A stretch of 60,667 nt of DNA from Girardia tigrina (taxonomy: Eukaryota): the NCBI GenBank assembly GCA_001938485.1, contig MQRK01233013.1:12265-72931 (forward strand). Direction: 5' to 3'. The notes below the pieces were generated by a model. It was not told where the DNA came from. It made no database searches and worked only from the letters and a program-made list of their open reading frames with translations. Within the stretch, counting starts at the first letter, position 1; the number at the start of each line of letters is the position of its first letter. The position numbers were made by a program, and so were the translations under genes. Positions 14,040 through 27,724 of this stretch are shown here, one piece after another.

Positions 14040-14330
14040 AACAGTAAGACTGGATAAGTAAGATTGGTACTGATCAATTGCCATTTAAAACGTGGTTGAA
14101 TCCAGTATGAGATGATAAAAACTGTGCACATTGTACAAAATGCAGCAAAAATTTTCGGCTGGAAATTAGCGGAATATGTGCGGATTATTCACACACAGAA
14201 GGGAAAACCTACGAGAAAAAAAAGCTCGGATAAGGCAAGCTGCGCCTCTCTGCTGAAATTCGTTAGTAGTAGCACACATGACTTCTCTAAGCATAAGTAT
14301 GTAGAAGGATTTACAACAATGAAGGCAGAA
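14040..14330 (+). mobile_element. DNA transposase N-terminal zinc finger remnant (hAT-like)
   Basis: WLNPV*DDKNCAHCTKCSKNFRLEISGICADYSHTEGK resembles N-terminal C2H2-type fingers of hAT-like transposases. Confidence 0.45.
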
Positions 14331-16949
14331 TCGAGGTGTTACATCCACTACGTTTATCATGACTTCCTATTACAGAGTGTTGATCATTCAAAAGTCTACC
14401 AACAACTGTTATGACTGGAAAATGACGAGAAGAAGTGATGATTGAAGAATATCAAAAGAAAGTGGCTTTGATTACGGCTAGAAGAAAGCAGGTTGAGCAT
14501 GAAGAAAAGAAAATAAGAAAGCATAGGAAAACAAAATGATGCAGGAAAAGATTTCAAAGGCAGTGGGATTCATGCCATAACTCTACTATAATAACTATTT
14601 TACATCTATCCTTTTAATATATAACATAATTGAACCTCAGCGTAATTTATAAATTACTATATTGATGATGGAGCTGCCTAATTCTTTAGGGAATATAGTT
14701 TAAATTTTTAATAAAGTTTTCTGTATCTATGTGGACATTTGTTTTCTTTTCTATTTGACGGGATATTCAAGGGAGGAATTATATGATTTACATAGGGGTA
14801 CAACATTCCGCGCATAGTGGCATTGTGTCGTGCGGGAAAATAACGTAAGGCGGGTAATCTTCAAAATTGACCGCTGGCATCACTTATGTCGAGGAAATGC
14901 GTGAAGCCGCAATACGTGGATATGCATTTGTTAATTCTCAACTTTGTTTCTCTCGCTTTTTCATCTGTTTTTTGATATAGTTTTTGTGTATTTATTCAAA
15001 TATTTTATCAATGAATGAAATTATCAAATTAATAACTTTTATTTTGTCTAAATTTTATTATGTAAAAATACATTAAGTAAATATAAAATAAAAATTAGTT
15101 TTTTTATTTATATTAAATTTAATAAGTTAAATTATGTACTCAAAAGTATTATTAAAATTTCAAATTACAAAAATCTTAATTAATTAGTATCTAAACATTA
15201 ATCTCATTAAATTAACATCATTAAATTTCATTAATTAATCAATAACATACCAACCCCATCTGAGTAGGAGAGTCACCAATCTAAACAGGATACCAACTTA
15301 CAATATTCAGATTTTTCCCCTACAAGGATAAAAAAAATTTCAGAATCATTGATTAATTATTTCAAGTAAGAATACAATTATCAGTCTTATTTTAGAGGCC
15401 AATATAAAATCTTGAAATATATAATAAAAAACTATGATAAATGAAACTATTTAACCCTAAAAAATCAATTGAAGTAAGTAAACTGACTGATGAGTAAACA
15501 ATAATGCAGCTAACGTCACTGTAAAATTTATCGATTGAGAGTAGTGCTTTTTGATGCAGTGTCAAAGACACAAATTTGCTTTTTATACAAATTCATCGGT
15601 CTGTGTCGTTTGATCTGTTAGTACCGATGATAATGATCACTAATCTCATGAAGAATGTTGGTCAAAAAAGAACCTTGTTATGTAGCAGTAACCACTGCAT
15701 CTGACTGGATCTCCGTGCATCCAAATAGATAAACATGGGCAAGGCTTCTTCTTTGGAAACAGTATACTTCTATTCATGTTAATGGTACATAAGAGATACT
15801 TTAATTAAAATGTTTCACTCGATTAAAAAGTGATGTAGTCAAATATTAGCCTTCCATATTTTTCTCCAAAATTCAATTGAATAATGAAATAAGTTTTGTT
15901 ATAAAATATATTTATTAGTAAAATTAATGATGGAAGACAGAATTGCTCACTAAAACACATGCCCAAATAAACTGACAATCAAACGAAAATATATACTTTA
16001 TACATAAATATAGAAGGAGAAACGAAAATGGACCCTGTTCTTGGTCCGGTTTTTTTTACATGAGACAAATGAAGAAATTTATAAATTTGTTGATTCCTTA
16101 ATATTTATTTTGATTAAATTAATGAATGATTTTTCAAAATTGATATTTTAGCAAGTTTCAAATGAAATTTAAAAATTTACTTAATTATAAATCCTGACGA
16201 AAGTAGACAAGAAACTAAAAAACCTTATTTTTTAAAAATAATCTGAAATTTAAAAATAAACTTTATTGTTATTCTTGTTATAGTTTGTAACAAGGTTAAG
16301 GGGGTTTTAACAGTTAACAGTTATCGCCCATTTAACATTCGAGGATGTTGTGAATGTTCGGAAAGAATCGGATCAACTGACCAGTAGTCGTCTTGTAGAC
16401 GGCCATCAGTGATGCAGTTCTGAATATTGCTTGACCAAAATTGGCACTGCGAATCATATCATTTAATTCCCACGCACAGAGATTTTTTACACTTTCACAC
16501 AGAACAAAAGTGACGGAATCCATAAACTTTAACTTTCTCGAACCTCTCAGACTAGTCATCACCGTAAACTGATTTATTATTTGTATTTTCATGTCAATTT
16601 CAAATACAATGACAATGTCCACATACCTCTTACTTGCTTCAATTTCTACTTTAGTTAATTGTTCATCAAAGCTCTCTAAAGTCGTCATCATTTTTTGAGT
16701 TTTCTCAAGCTTTCACTTTAATAATCGATTGCACACACAAAATTGAAAATTAAATTCATTCTTACACCCCCCCATTGGGGTATCCGTTATTAATTTATTA
16801 CTCACGATTAAAGAAAATTGCAAAAAAAATTGTTCCCAAAGATTTGCTTTAATTTAACCCGTACAATTTCAGTTTATTCAATTTCAAATTCTTCCACAAA
16901 AATTCCAAGCAACTATTTTCAAATCAAAATTCGAAAGACAATTGAAAAT

Positions 16950-17450
16950 ATTTATTAAATTCGACGAATTAACTGTCATCGTCAGAACAAATGATTTTTT
17001 TAAAAAGAAACAGACTTATATACTGCCGGTAATGACTATGCAATCAATATGTCATCAATAAATTATTTAAAAACCATAAATAAAGTTGTCCGGAGTGCAT
17101 TTTGAACGTTAATTTTGGGATCCAAAGATCTTATATATTACGCTTCGCATGTCACTCACTCCCAATAATTCTTAAATTGAGTGCACGAAATTTTTAAGTT
17201 ATGGATGTTTATCTTAACTTTACAATGTTTACTATGTCTAGAAATATTACTTCTTTTTTCCTTACGACTGTGCTCCTGGATTCTCTTACAGAGATGATGT
17301 GAAATCTCTCCAATGAATGTGACATCGTAAACGTTACATATATATTTGTAAATGAGATCCGAACACAATCCCACAGGTGTTGAATATTTATTACTAAGCA
17401 TACCTTCTTTTTTGGGCACGGGAAATTATTTTTAAATTTATTTAAAATAG
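16950..17450 (-). mobile_element. Penelope-like 3' end (GIY-YIG) with degenerate hammerhead
   Basis: DLIYKYIC..TFIGEISHHLCKRIQEH..CEA..PKINVQ. Downstream lies CTGACGA-TGAC..GTC-GAA at 16985-16958. Confidence 0.8.
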
Positions 17451-17790
17451 AATTTTTAAATGTTTTTAAACCTTCTGAATTATTATTTTCAAATCATTAG
17501 AATATTTCAGTCACTTATAAAAAATCTCAAGATAATTTATCCACTGTTTAAAAGGTTCATTAATACAAAACAGACAAGCAAAACTCAAGATCATTTGGCT
17601 TTTTTATCAAAATTAACAAATATGAACTACAAATTTGACAAATCAAAAAATAACGATAATTGGAAATAATAAAAAACTTTATTATTTGAAAATTTCTTTT
17701 TTTGACTGTCATTTAAATCTGGAACAATTATTATTATAATTATTAATAATTTTTTACTATAAAATAATTATTATTATTCTTATTAAATAG

Positions 17791-18090
17791 GTTAAATGTG
17801 AATGTCAATCCAAAATCAATGAATTTCTATGCAAAAATTTGTCCGAAATTTTAAGTAAATCGTGCGATATCAAATTAAGAAGAATCAAAATTCAGAATCT
17901 TCATAATATAACTAAAACATATGATAAAAGTACATCACATTTTATTGATTGTCCTTGTAAACCGATACCGCAATCCGCCACTTCCTTGTCTCCGATGAAC
18001 AACAGGGTCTTTTCTCCCTTTAATACTCCATCAGCGAAAGGTAAAACGGCTTTCTTCCCACCTCAAGATCAGACAACACCTAGAATTCGA
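17791..18090 (+). CDS. Phase-0 exon, CxC..HFxxC repeat 1
   Basis: aaatag|GTT..CGA|gtacg; 100 open codons: VKCEC..YDKSTSHFIDC.. Confidence 0.65.
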
Positions 18091-18603
18091 GTACGAATGA
18101 TTTTTATTTACAAGAGCAACAAATAAATGCATCAAATATTATAATTTAATATAATTATTAAAATTAAAATATATAGAGTTGATAATTAATAACATGAGAC
18201 GAATAAAGTTATATAGCGAATTATATATTATTTGATGCGGAATATGATAGAGAAGCTTTTAATTCAGAGAACATCAAGAGCCAAAGATCTATTCTTCATA
18301 AAGTCACAAAAGGTCTCTTATGATAACAGTGATAATGAAACTCCGATTCTTTCAATAGAAACTGTTGTCACAAAAAAAAATTATAAATGCGAAATGGTTT
18401 TTAAAACATTCTCAATAAAGATGAGCGATGGTTAGAGATGTTCGTATATGGTTTTGATCACTATAAGATTCAGGAAAAATGGAGAAGTTTCAGAGGTCAT
18501 TTGTACGAAGCATTTTAAAATGTCAGCATAAAAAGGAGCATGGCCGTGATAGCGAAAGTGATTCGTATTTAATTACCTTTACTCATGAAGAATTTTACTT
18601 AAG

Positions 18604-18803
18604 CTGAGATCAATCATAAACCATCGAACCAAACTGAAGCACACACAATCATTGTAAGACCATCTCTTGGAAGACAAAGTAGTTTGAAAAGACTATCCAA
18701 CAGGCTTAGTCTTTCTAAACAAAAGCCAAATCATAAAATTTTTGTTAAAGAAAAGGTTGATGGGCAGGCTCCTCAAACTTCATTGTTAAATGAGACTCCA
18801 GTG
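18604..18803 (+). CDS. Probable exon of the same gene (Ser/Lys-rich linker)
   Basis: Open frame EINHKPSNQTEAHTIIVRPSLGRQSSLKRLSNRLSLSK..ETPV ending at gtg|gtagtt, then a 42-nt intron. The 5' boundary is uncertain. Confidence 0.45.
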
Positions 18804-18845
18804 GTAGTTATATTCATTAACAATCTTAATTACTCTTTATCTTAG

Positions 18846-18890
18846 ACAAATCCAGTGAATATTCATTCCGTTTCGTCGCCAGAACAAACG
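18846..18890 (+). CDS. 45-nt microexon A
   Basis: cttag|ACAAAT..CAAACG|gtattt; TNPVNIHSVSSPEQT. Confidence 0.6.
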
Positions 18891-19028
18891 GTATTTTACA
18901 CGATTTAAATATTATTTTATTTTTAATTAATTGTAATTGAAAATTAATTTGAATGCTTTCTACAAACGAATACAAGTGTAACAGTTGTAATCCCTATAAA
19001 CTATAACTTTAATCATTCTTTTTCATAG

Positions 19029-19073
19029 ACAAATCCTGAGAATATTTCTACAATTTCGGCACCAGGACAAACG
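19029..19073 (+). CDS. 45-nt microexon B (duplicate of A)
   Basis: catag|ACAAAT..CAAACG|gtattt; TNPENISTISAPGQT. The downstream intron is also duplicated. Confidence 0.6.
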
Positions 19074-19494
19074 GTATTTTATATTATTTAAATATATTTA
19101 AAAATTTTAATTAATTATAATTGAAAATTAATTGGAATGTTTTTTAAAACTAATAAAAATTATAGTAGTTGTTATTTCTTGTGGCAAGTGCTTATTTCCC
19201 TGCGACTTAGTTGAGCTAATAACGTAAAATATGGAGGGTATTAATTTATCAAATATTTTCAAAATCTGTTTCGTTGAAGCCTCCAAATTTGTTTTAAAAT
19301 TCAATCAACTTGTTTCTTTAGGCCCACTGAAACGCATTTTTCTTGTTTTAATAGACGACACATTAGATAAATAAAAATTAAAGTCATAACGCCATTTAGT
19401 AGAATTTATTAGAGTGATTAATTTCGGCGGATTACCTACCATTCTCAGACTAAATCAACATTAGCATTGGCAGTTTATACATTAAAGTAATGAA

Positions 19495-19890
19495 TATGTA
19501 ATTAATTACCACGTTTTTATTAGCTTGCTTTCTTGTCTGTTTGTCTGTCTGGAACAAATCTTGCGATTGATTTTTCGACCACTTTCAGTCATCCAATTGA
19601 GCTGAATTTTTTTATACAGGCTTGCTTCCGATGACAATACAATTTGATAAAAAATATTTTGAAAAAAAATTCCTAAATAATAACTAAAAATAGTAAAATA
19701 ATATTATTAATAAAAAAAATTTTTTATAAAAACAACCACGTTTTTCAAGCATTACCAATGCACTAAAAAGAGGAAAATAACTTTTTTCTAGACATGTGAG
19801 AAATTTTATATCTAACCAAAAACGTGGGGCATAGAAATGATCGATTGTTACTAAAAAGCAGTAAAGAGGAAATAGCAGTTACTAATAGCA
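19495..19890 (+). mobile_element. Helentron/DINE-like non-autonomous element
   Basis: GTCT/GTTT microsatellite followed by CCAATTGAGCTGAA core typical of HINE/DINE-like repeats. Confidence 0.45.
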
Positions 19891-20766
19891 GTAATTCAGA
19901 NNNNNNNNNNNNNNNNNNNNNNNNNNNNNNNNNNNNNNNNNNNNNNNNNNCGCCCCACGTTTTTGGTTAGGTATAAAATTTCTCACATGTCTAGAAAAAA
20001 GTTATTTTCCTCTTTTTAGTGCATTGGTAATGCTTGAAAAACGTGGTTGTTTTTATAAAAAAATTTTTTTATTAATAATATTATAATGTAATCAGCTTCT
20101 ATTTACAAATGTTTCATAGAGATATTGAGAGTGAGGTTTGAACATTAAATGTCGGATTCATTTACCTTATAAATAACACCTTGGATATCGCACTCACCCA
20201 TGAACTTTTAAATCAACTACACGGAATCTTTAAATCATTTTCTTCTATTTTAATTTTACAATGAAAAATGTATGTATTTGCAGTGATTTTAAAGGTAGAC
20301 GTTGGTGTGTGAGTGCTTGTTTGATATGTATGTTATGTGATTGGTGAGTGCATGTTTGTGTAATTAGAAGAAATGCATTAATTTATTAATTAATGATACT
20401 TGATGTTTTGCCACATACAAACCAGTAAATCAAAAAATTAAATTTTTTATATCCATTCTTTATGCAGACAGAATTCTACTTTACCAACAAAGTATTTAGA
20501 ATTAAAAAATTTAAAAATTAAAAAATTTTAATTAAAAAAACACCTTAAAAATTAATATAAAGTAATAATTTATAAGTAGATATCTTGCAATTAATATTCG
20601 GGAACTCCGAATTTTCCGTTTTTTCCCATTTTTGGATCTTAAAATTTTTTTTTCGATGAAAAGTTTACATAATCATAAATTGTCATCGAGTATGAGTAAG
20701 TGTGTAAAGTTTGAAGGAAATCGATTGAGTAAAAAGCCTTCAAAAACAGGTTTCTAAATTCCATGG

Positions 20767-20809
<43 letters not shown>

Positions 20810-20839
20810 AAGCTAATAAAAAGAATAGAAAAAGAACTA

Positions 20840-21265
20840 GATTTACTACTCCACTGGTTTATGTTCAAATTTCGTTTATCAATATAAATTTAATGGGTGT
20901 GATGCCATATACATCGGATAGACTTGTTATCACCTCTGTAAACTTATTTAGGAATATAATCACAGGGAAAGTGATAGCAACATATCGCTCAACATAAAAA
21001 GAACTGTTTCAATAGTTGATGTAAATAATTTTAGGATATTGTGTTCACAATTTGGTAATTACTGGAAGAGGGTGAGGTGTGAAGCAAATCATAAAATCAA
21101 TGTGCAAACATCATCCTCTTCAACTATATTGAAAGTATTTTCATGATTTATATTAGATAAGGATTACATAAACATTACTTTGATGTATAAACGCGAGTAT
21201 ATCATTGTTAATTTTAGTCTGATGATGACGGTCGATCCGTCGAAGTTAATAGCAATAAATTCTGA
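20840..21265 (+). mobile_element. Penelope-like 3' end with hammerhead-like motif
   Basis: VYQYKFNGCDAIYIG*TCYHLCK..FRILCSQFGNYWKRVRCEA, then CTGATGA-T-GACGG..CCGTC-GAAG at 21219-21245. Confidence 0.8.
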
Positions 21266-21999
21266 TGAAAGTTTTTGTTTTTTAAAAATAGTTTATCGTC
21301 ATTTTTTAAATATTTATATAAATGCAATATATACTTTAATTGATAAAAGTGAGAGTTTTTGCAAAGTTTAATGAATTTATGAAATCATAAAAGCAATGAT
21401 ACTGATGTTGAGTCAAAAATGAAAGATTCAACTCTAAAAAGAATAGCGCCAATTATTGAAGTCTTAGATAATGCAGAATTGAATTGATTATTTATTATTC
21501 ATTCAAATTATAAATCTCAAGTTTACTGATAAAAGGAGTAATTCGTAAAGTCGATGGTAAATAATTGAAAAATGATAAGAATGATAAGCATATCTTAATA
21601 AGTCAAAATTACTGACTTTAAAGTAAGAGATGTGATTTTGCAATTAAGAATTAATAATTAGATCAAATGAATAAAATGATAAATTTAAACAAAAGGAATT
21701 GAACTGAAAAACTTGTAAAATATTTATAAGCGCAGGTAAAATAAACGTTCTGAAAAATTTTTAAAGAAACTTTAAAAATCAATTTTTTAAGAATATAATT
21801 TACAAAATTATAAATTTGAATTTTTTGACATATCGAGAACTTTTTTGATTTAATACATTGTTATTGCTTATCTTATAATGAATATTTATATGAATACAAA
21901 TATTGACATTGATTACAACATGAATTATCGATTTGATTTGACGAGATCTCCAACGTTGATTTACAATATCACACTGTCTCCTGCAAGATTCGTAAAACG

Positions 22000-22210
22000 T
22001 GGTGGGCCTCCCATCTCTTTCGAATGCTATTGAGCCTCTAGGCTCTTTAGAGGGTCCACCAAAACTAAAGAATCACTAGCAGCCCCCCGATAGGCCTCTT
22101 ACGGGGTCGGATAGTTTCGGTCTCCAAGATCTTTTTGGCCTCCCTATGAGAAACAACCATACATGGACCGTACAGCCATGGTTCTGCATACATCTGAACT
22201 CTCCCCTTAC
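22000..22210 (-). mobile_element. Structured terminus of a probable non-LTR retroelement (copy 1 of 3)
   Basis: Clear sequence similarity to 59037-59200 and weaker similarity to 47593-47695; conserved stems. Confidence 0.6.
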
Positions 22211-23189
22211 AGTTAGATCAGCAAAAGAATTTCTTTTTTGGTACTTTCTTTTTTCTTTTTTTCTTTTTTTATGATACTACTACTGCTGACGCTAGTATAT
22301 GCGATTGTTTTGACTCCATACATGACATTTTAGATATTAAAGATCCGGAAATTGATGAAGACATTGACAAATAATGTTCATGAAAATTACCAAAGAAAAA
22401 TGAAATCACTGTTTTTAAAACATAAGTAAATACAGATGAATACAATTAATAAATTACAACAAGAAATGATAAGTTCTGGAAATAATTTATTTTTAAAAGA
22501 ATAGAATTAATTTTCATGAAAACTTTTACGAAACATTTTTCAAAGATTTAATATATTTAAAAATAAATAAACTAAATAAATACATTTCGTGAGAAGTGGT
22601 TGCAACCTCAATATCAGGATTAATTTTTTTAACACCAAAATTTAAAAAATTTAAACAAATTAAAAAATATTTTATTTTTAAAAACGTTTTTGATTTTTTA
22701 ATAGTTGTTTTATTATATCATTTTTAATTTTAAAATATTGACTAAGCATATTAACATAAAAATATTTTCCCTTTAAATTAAAAAATAATAAATTATTCAG
22801 GCGAGATAAAAATTTAAATTAAGCCCTCATACATTTTATTCCGAAAGTTTGAGAGGAAACATTTTAATCATTCTTGTTTTATTTGAACGGACTTTATCCA
22901 TGATAGAGTCAGTTTCTTTGAGCATTGTCTTCACCGTCACCACCTTCATATAGTCAAGTAAATAAACTGTGGATGATGAATTAAGTCCATTTACAACCCT
23001 TATTTATGACAATCGTCCTTGTCCACGATAAAGTAACAGTTCAATTAATCTTTCGACAGATTTATTCAATTTTGTCAATCAAATTTTGTTTGTAAGGATT
23101 TTTAAGGTACTGGAAAGATAATCGAATTTATTTTATTAAAATATCAGTATTTAAAATAAAACATCAAAAATTTATTTTTGATAATTTAG

Positions 23190-23285
23190 ACTGAAAAATA
23201 TGAGAAACTTAGTGATAACGCCATGTATATGGACGAAGAAGAGGACGATGAACACTGCATCTATTTCGAAGTGGAAGACATTAAA
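23190..23285 (+). CDS. Phase-0 exon upstream of repeat 2
   Basis: atttag|ACT..AAA|gttgat; TEKYEKLSDNAMYMDEEEDDEHCIYFEVEDIK. Confidence 0.5.
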
Positions 23286-23689
23286 GTTGATTATATTTTT
23301 CATTAAATACTTTTTATTTTCTTTTAATGTAAAATGTTACAAATAAAAACTAGTGTTGTATGTGAAAATAAGAACAAAACTGTACGCAATAATCTTTATT
23401 TCATGATTTCAAAAAAAACATGTACAAAAAATTTTAATTATTAAAACAAACTTATTTTCTTCTTTTTAATAATTGGTTGATAGTTCAAATTATTTTTTTT
23501 AAACCATTTATGAGAGAATAATAAGATTAGGAAAAAATATGAATAAATAAATTTTTATTATTGTTTTCTTAATTTAATACAAATTTAAATAAAAATGTGG
23601 AGAATGAGAATCTGAATAACACAAAATTATATTTGAATAATACTGTCCTCTTGCTATTCAGTGATTTAAACAAACGAATTATTTATTTA

Positions 23690-25690
23690 TCCCACACTCC
23701 CTCTTGCCCTTCAGGCACATACGCACACGCACCCCGTGCACTGAGGAGTACGGCCAGTCTCTGTGCTCGTCTGTCCGGTGAAGACAAAGTCCTTGGGAAG
23801 CTAAAAGCTGGCCTCAAACAGCCGCCGACTGGAAAATTGCCCACTATCTGACCAACAAGAACAGATTCTGTCGCGTCAATCAGTGGGGCAATTTCGGAAC
23901 CCTGCCGTCCCGGTACCATTGCCACTCTCCGTTAGTCTCTCGGACCGCGAACCTTCCTCTGTTTTTTTTCATAGGTGATTTTGTTTCAAGCCTGAAACTG
24001 TTGAAGACCGTAACTACATGCTCTGCCGACACCTTCTCAGTGTCGACTATGACGTAGTCGTAGTAAGATTCTGCGGTCCTTGCCACCATCTCATCGGATA
24101 CCAAAACGTGGTTCATAATACGCCTCATGACTTTTTGGTGTCACGTTCAGTCCAAAGTCACATTGTGTGCTGCACCACTCCTGCCCGCAACTTTTATCGT
24201 CTGATAAGGCTACAGGTTTTCATCCACTTTGATCTGGAGGTACGCCCATCGTAAATCGATTATCTCCAGATTTTTTCCTATTTGCCACCATTTGCGCAGT
24301 TTCTTAGCACAGACCAGGCTCTCTGTGGTGTGATTCGATACAAATTCACCGCTCGATAATCCGGGACCGGTCTCACTTTTCTTTTGATCACCTGCACTGC
24401 CGCAATTAGCGGTAATATCACTTTTGAACGGGATGAGCCACCCGTTTTTCTTCCAATCTGATAGCTCCTAGTCTACTTCTTCTTCGTACTGCTTTGTAGA
24501 CGCATATGCAGCAGCTTCCTTGGTCATTTGTTCAGGTGCGACGTCATTCTTCCATCTCTATGCCATGATCCACCAGCGGCCATCGAACTTGACCAAAAAA
24601 TCTGCATCCTCGATCTGGGTATGCCTCGGTTTCTTAATCATGCTCACTGCTGCTAGATGCTCGATGCGTCCAAAACTTGGGGTGCCCCTTTGCTTGGCAC
24701 CTATACTCCCCCAAGTTGACTGATTGTCTCCATGCCGAGAAGGATGTCAGTCCTCGACGAGATGATTTCCGGCACCACTAGGACGTGGCAAACGATTTAC
24801 TTCACATTGCACTTGATTGGTATTGTTGCTCTGAATTGCACATTCACCTCTGATCCGTTCATCATCTGCATCGATCCATAATGCGGACCAAATTTGATGG
24901 TGGAACCACCGATTTTGCTACGACTGTTGTCGAACAGCCCTTATCAATCATTGCTCTACTTTCCTTCCGCGCATGGTCGCTGGGATAATTGTTAGTCACG
25001 CGTCTCCATATTCAGGCCCCCCACCCGAGCAGCAGTGGACCTTTTGTCCGTTTCCTGCTGATTTCCGNNNNNNNNNNNNNNNNNNNNNNNNNNNNNNNNN
25101 NNNNNNNNNNNNNNNNNCCCCGCCATAGTCCCTGACGATGTGACCTATGAGGCCGCAACTGAAGCCATTCCGCCCCATTGGCCCCCTTGCTTTGATGCTC
25201 GTTTGGTTGTGAACTGAGCACATTGCTTTCCTGTTGTGCATTCGCGCGCCATTTACCCACCCCCACCGCAGCGGTAACATGTTAATTCCTCGATTGACAA
25301 CGAGATTTGAGCCGGTTTACCGCAAGACTGACCGACCGCCACCACTTTCTCAGCGACACTGTCTGTTGTCTTAACAGGCCAACCGAACCAATCGGTTTAA
25401 TTCTTTTACCCTTCCAAACGCCTCAGCTTCCACGCTTTTCATTGCCGCTTCTGGCAGCCGGTTTATGAAAGCTTGGGTCCCAAAAGCCTCANCCGCCGCA
25501 AATTAAGAACCGCTAACCGCTTCAAGTCTGCCATAAAGAAATCGACCTCTCTCTGGGTACCAGCTGTCTGGAAGCAAAACATGTCCACGACAATCTCTGG
25601 CTTGAGGTGAAAGCTTCTGTGAGCGCCGCTGCGCTCTTCTCGAGATCCTGTCGTGTAATTTCTCCAAAGAAGATTCTCCAAAATTGATTC
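23690..25690 (-). mobile_element. Ty3/Gypsy element remnant (GC-richer family)
   Basis: Gag knuckle FSCGLIGHIVRD, protease-like AMIDKGCS, RT start (WKKNGWLIP), integrase tail and a polypurine tract GAAGGGCAAGAGGGAG before TG at ~23695. Confidence 0.75.
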
Positions 25691-26210
25691 TCCAAAAGAT
25701 GAATGTCGGTTGCGGCAAGGTTTGTAACTAAAAAGAAATGAAAGAATTTGCTGGAAAACAAAATTTTGAAATTCAATTCTCCAGCCCATATCGCCATAAC
25801 TTAAACAGAAAAATTGAACCACAATTTCCTCCAGTGAGAGAAATGATGAACAAAACATTGTATGAAAGAAGAAGTTGGACTGGGACAGAAATATTACCTG
25901 AAACCGAGTTCTTCTTAAATGCCAACTTACAGGTGACAATTAGAATGAGTCCAGCTGAAATCATTTTCGGAATATGCATTAGCATTGGATGGAAGAAGTT
26001 TTGAAGCAGTTCAACAAAACCGGGATCAGGAGGTAATAACATGACGAAATTTCTTCCAGAAGAAGTTATGATAAAGGTGGAATCTAGAACAAAAGATCTA
26101 GAAAAATACATCGGACAATAGAAAGTAATTCGAAAAGATATGTATGGTATAATATAGGAAATAAATCCGGGGAAAATTAAAAAATTCTTGGTTGCGAAGA
26201 TAAAAAGGAT
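25690..26210 (+). mobile_element. Gypsy integrase remnant
   Basis: IQFSSPYRHNLNRKIE..WTEILPETEF..MSPAEIIFG. Confidence 0.75.
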
Positions 26211-26521
26211 TGTTGTTGATAATGTTCCTTTAATCTCCATACTATTGTGTTAAATGTCAAATTTGATTCCTCTATCTTTAATGCTTTTTGTATTGTGTAT
26301 TAAATGTCCAGTCAAGATGATTTTTACATTTTATAGTTTTTTTTCTGATATGAGTTTAAATTTTCTGATAAAACTATTTAGATGGTTTAATATGACATTT
26401 AGTTGTTTAATTTTGCTATTATTCATGAGATTTTGGGACCCTTTATAACAATTTGTTACTGAATATAAATTACAAAAATAAATTATTTTATACTTGTGTT
26501 TTGATTGCATAATGTTTCTAG

Positions 26522-26797
26522 AATGACGCTTGTGGATGTAATATCAAAAGATTAGACCTCTCAGTTGATTTTATTACTGCAATTCTTGTAAATCGTAAAT
26601 CCGATGCTTTAAAGATTCGTCTTGAGTCGGAGAAATATGATGAAAAAACGAAACATTTTAAAGACTGCTCTATTCGTTCTCCTTTTCCAAAGCCAAAGAA
26701 TGAGGCTCTGGCGAGATCCAAAACCGCAAGTGAAACATCTTTACATTCTCTAACCCATTGTAATTCAATTTTACAGAATTTTTTAGAATTTGATAAA
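26522..26797 (+). CDS. Phase-0 exon, CxC..HFxxC repeat 2
   Basis: ttctag|AAT..AAA|gtaaga; 92 open codons: NDACGC..YDEKTKHFKDC..ILQNFLEFDK. Absent from the ORF track. Confidence 0.7.
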
Positions 26798-27724
26798 GTA
26801 AGATTTATACATTAATCTTTTCAACCAAATCTAATTTATAATAAGATATATTATCTTTAAGTAGAATTTATTATATCAAATTTAAGTAAATAATTAAAAT
26901 GGTCTTCTCTTTGTGGTCGGGAACATTTGAATGGTTGACCGAATCTGACTCATAACAATTAATAAAATTAATCAATTGTTTATTACTCAAGTGAAATTCC
27001 AATTTAAGTAAAATCCATTAATTTAAAAATAAGATAAACAAAACTGAAAATGAAAATAAATTTCGAAAAAATCCACCGTCACGATAAACTTAAGATATAA
27101 ATAAATAGACCATAATTATAAAAAAGCGACCAAATGATTAATAAATTAAACCCAAACTATCCATATTTCCGGTGTTTCCTCTAAACTGGAGATCTAAATA
27201 ATTGGAAGAATATTTCATGAGTTCTTGACAACTCACTAACACGGCAAATTGTCCCAAACTTATCGATGAAAAAATGGACAACTTGCCGAAACTTTTAAAC
27301 TAAATTACGCCACTTTCAAATTAAGTTGTGTAACTTCTCAATAACTTCATTACAGCAATAAATTTTATTATGAAACCATATCATAAAAATTAACATTGAG
27401 ACAAATCTCATTTGAATTTTTATGCCAATCACATTTAGAGTCATTACAACTCTCAGAAGGTCTTTCATCGTTTGCCATCGTTCTAATTGGTTTTCTTATT
27501 TCTATTTTTAATTATGATTATTCGAACAATTTTTCTAAGTCGTTTTTTAAAATATTTAACTTCTAAAAATATTAATTAAAAATAATAATTGTAACGATTT
27601 CTTAATAAAACCCAAAATAATAAAAATGTTATCAAATTATTAAAAATGCATTTAATTTAAATTTTATTCAAAATATTACACTTAATTTTAATTATAAACA
27701 AATAAACACCATTTAAAAATATAT

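Noticed and set aside
19700-20083. ~130-bp near-perfect inverted repeat (19700-19830 vs 19952-20083)
   Set aside because: The arms flank an N gap and belong to a multicopy repeat, so a scaffolding artefact is likely.
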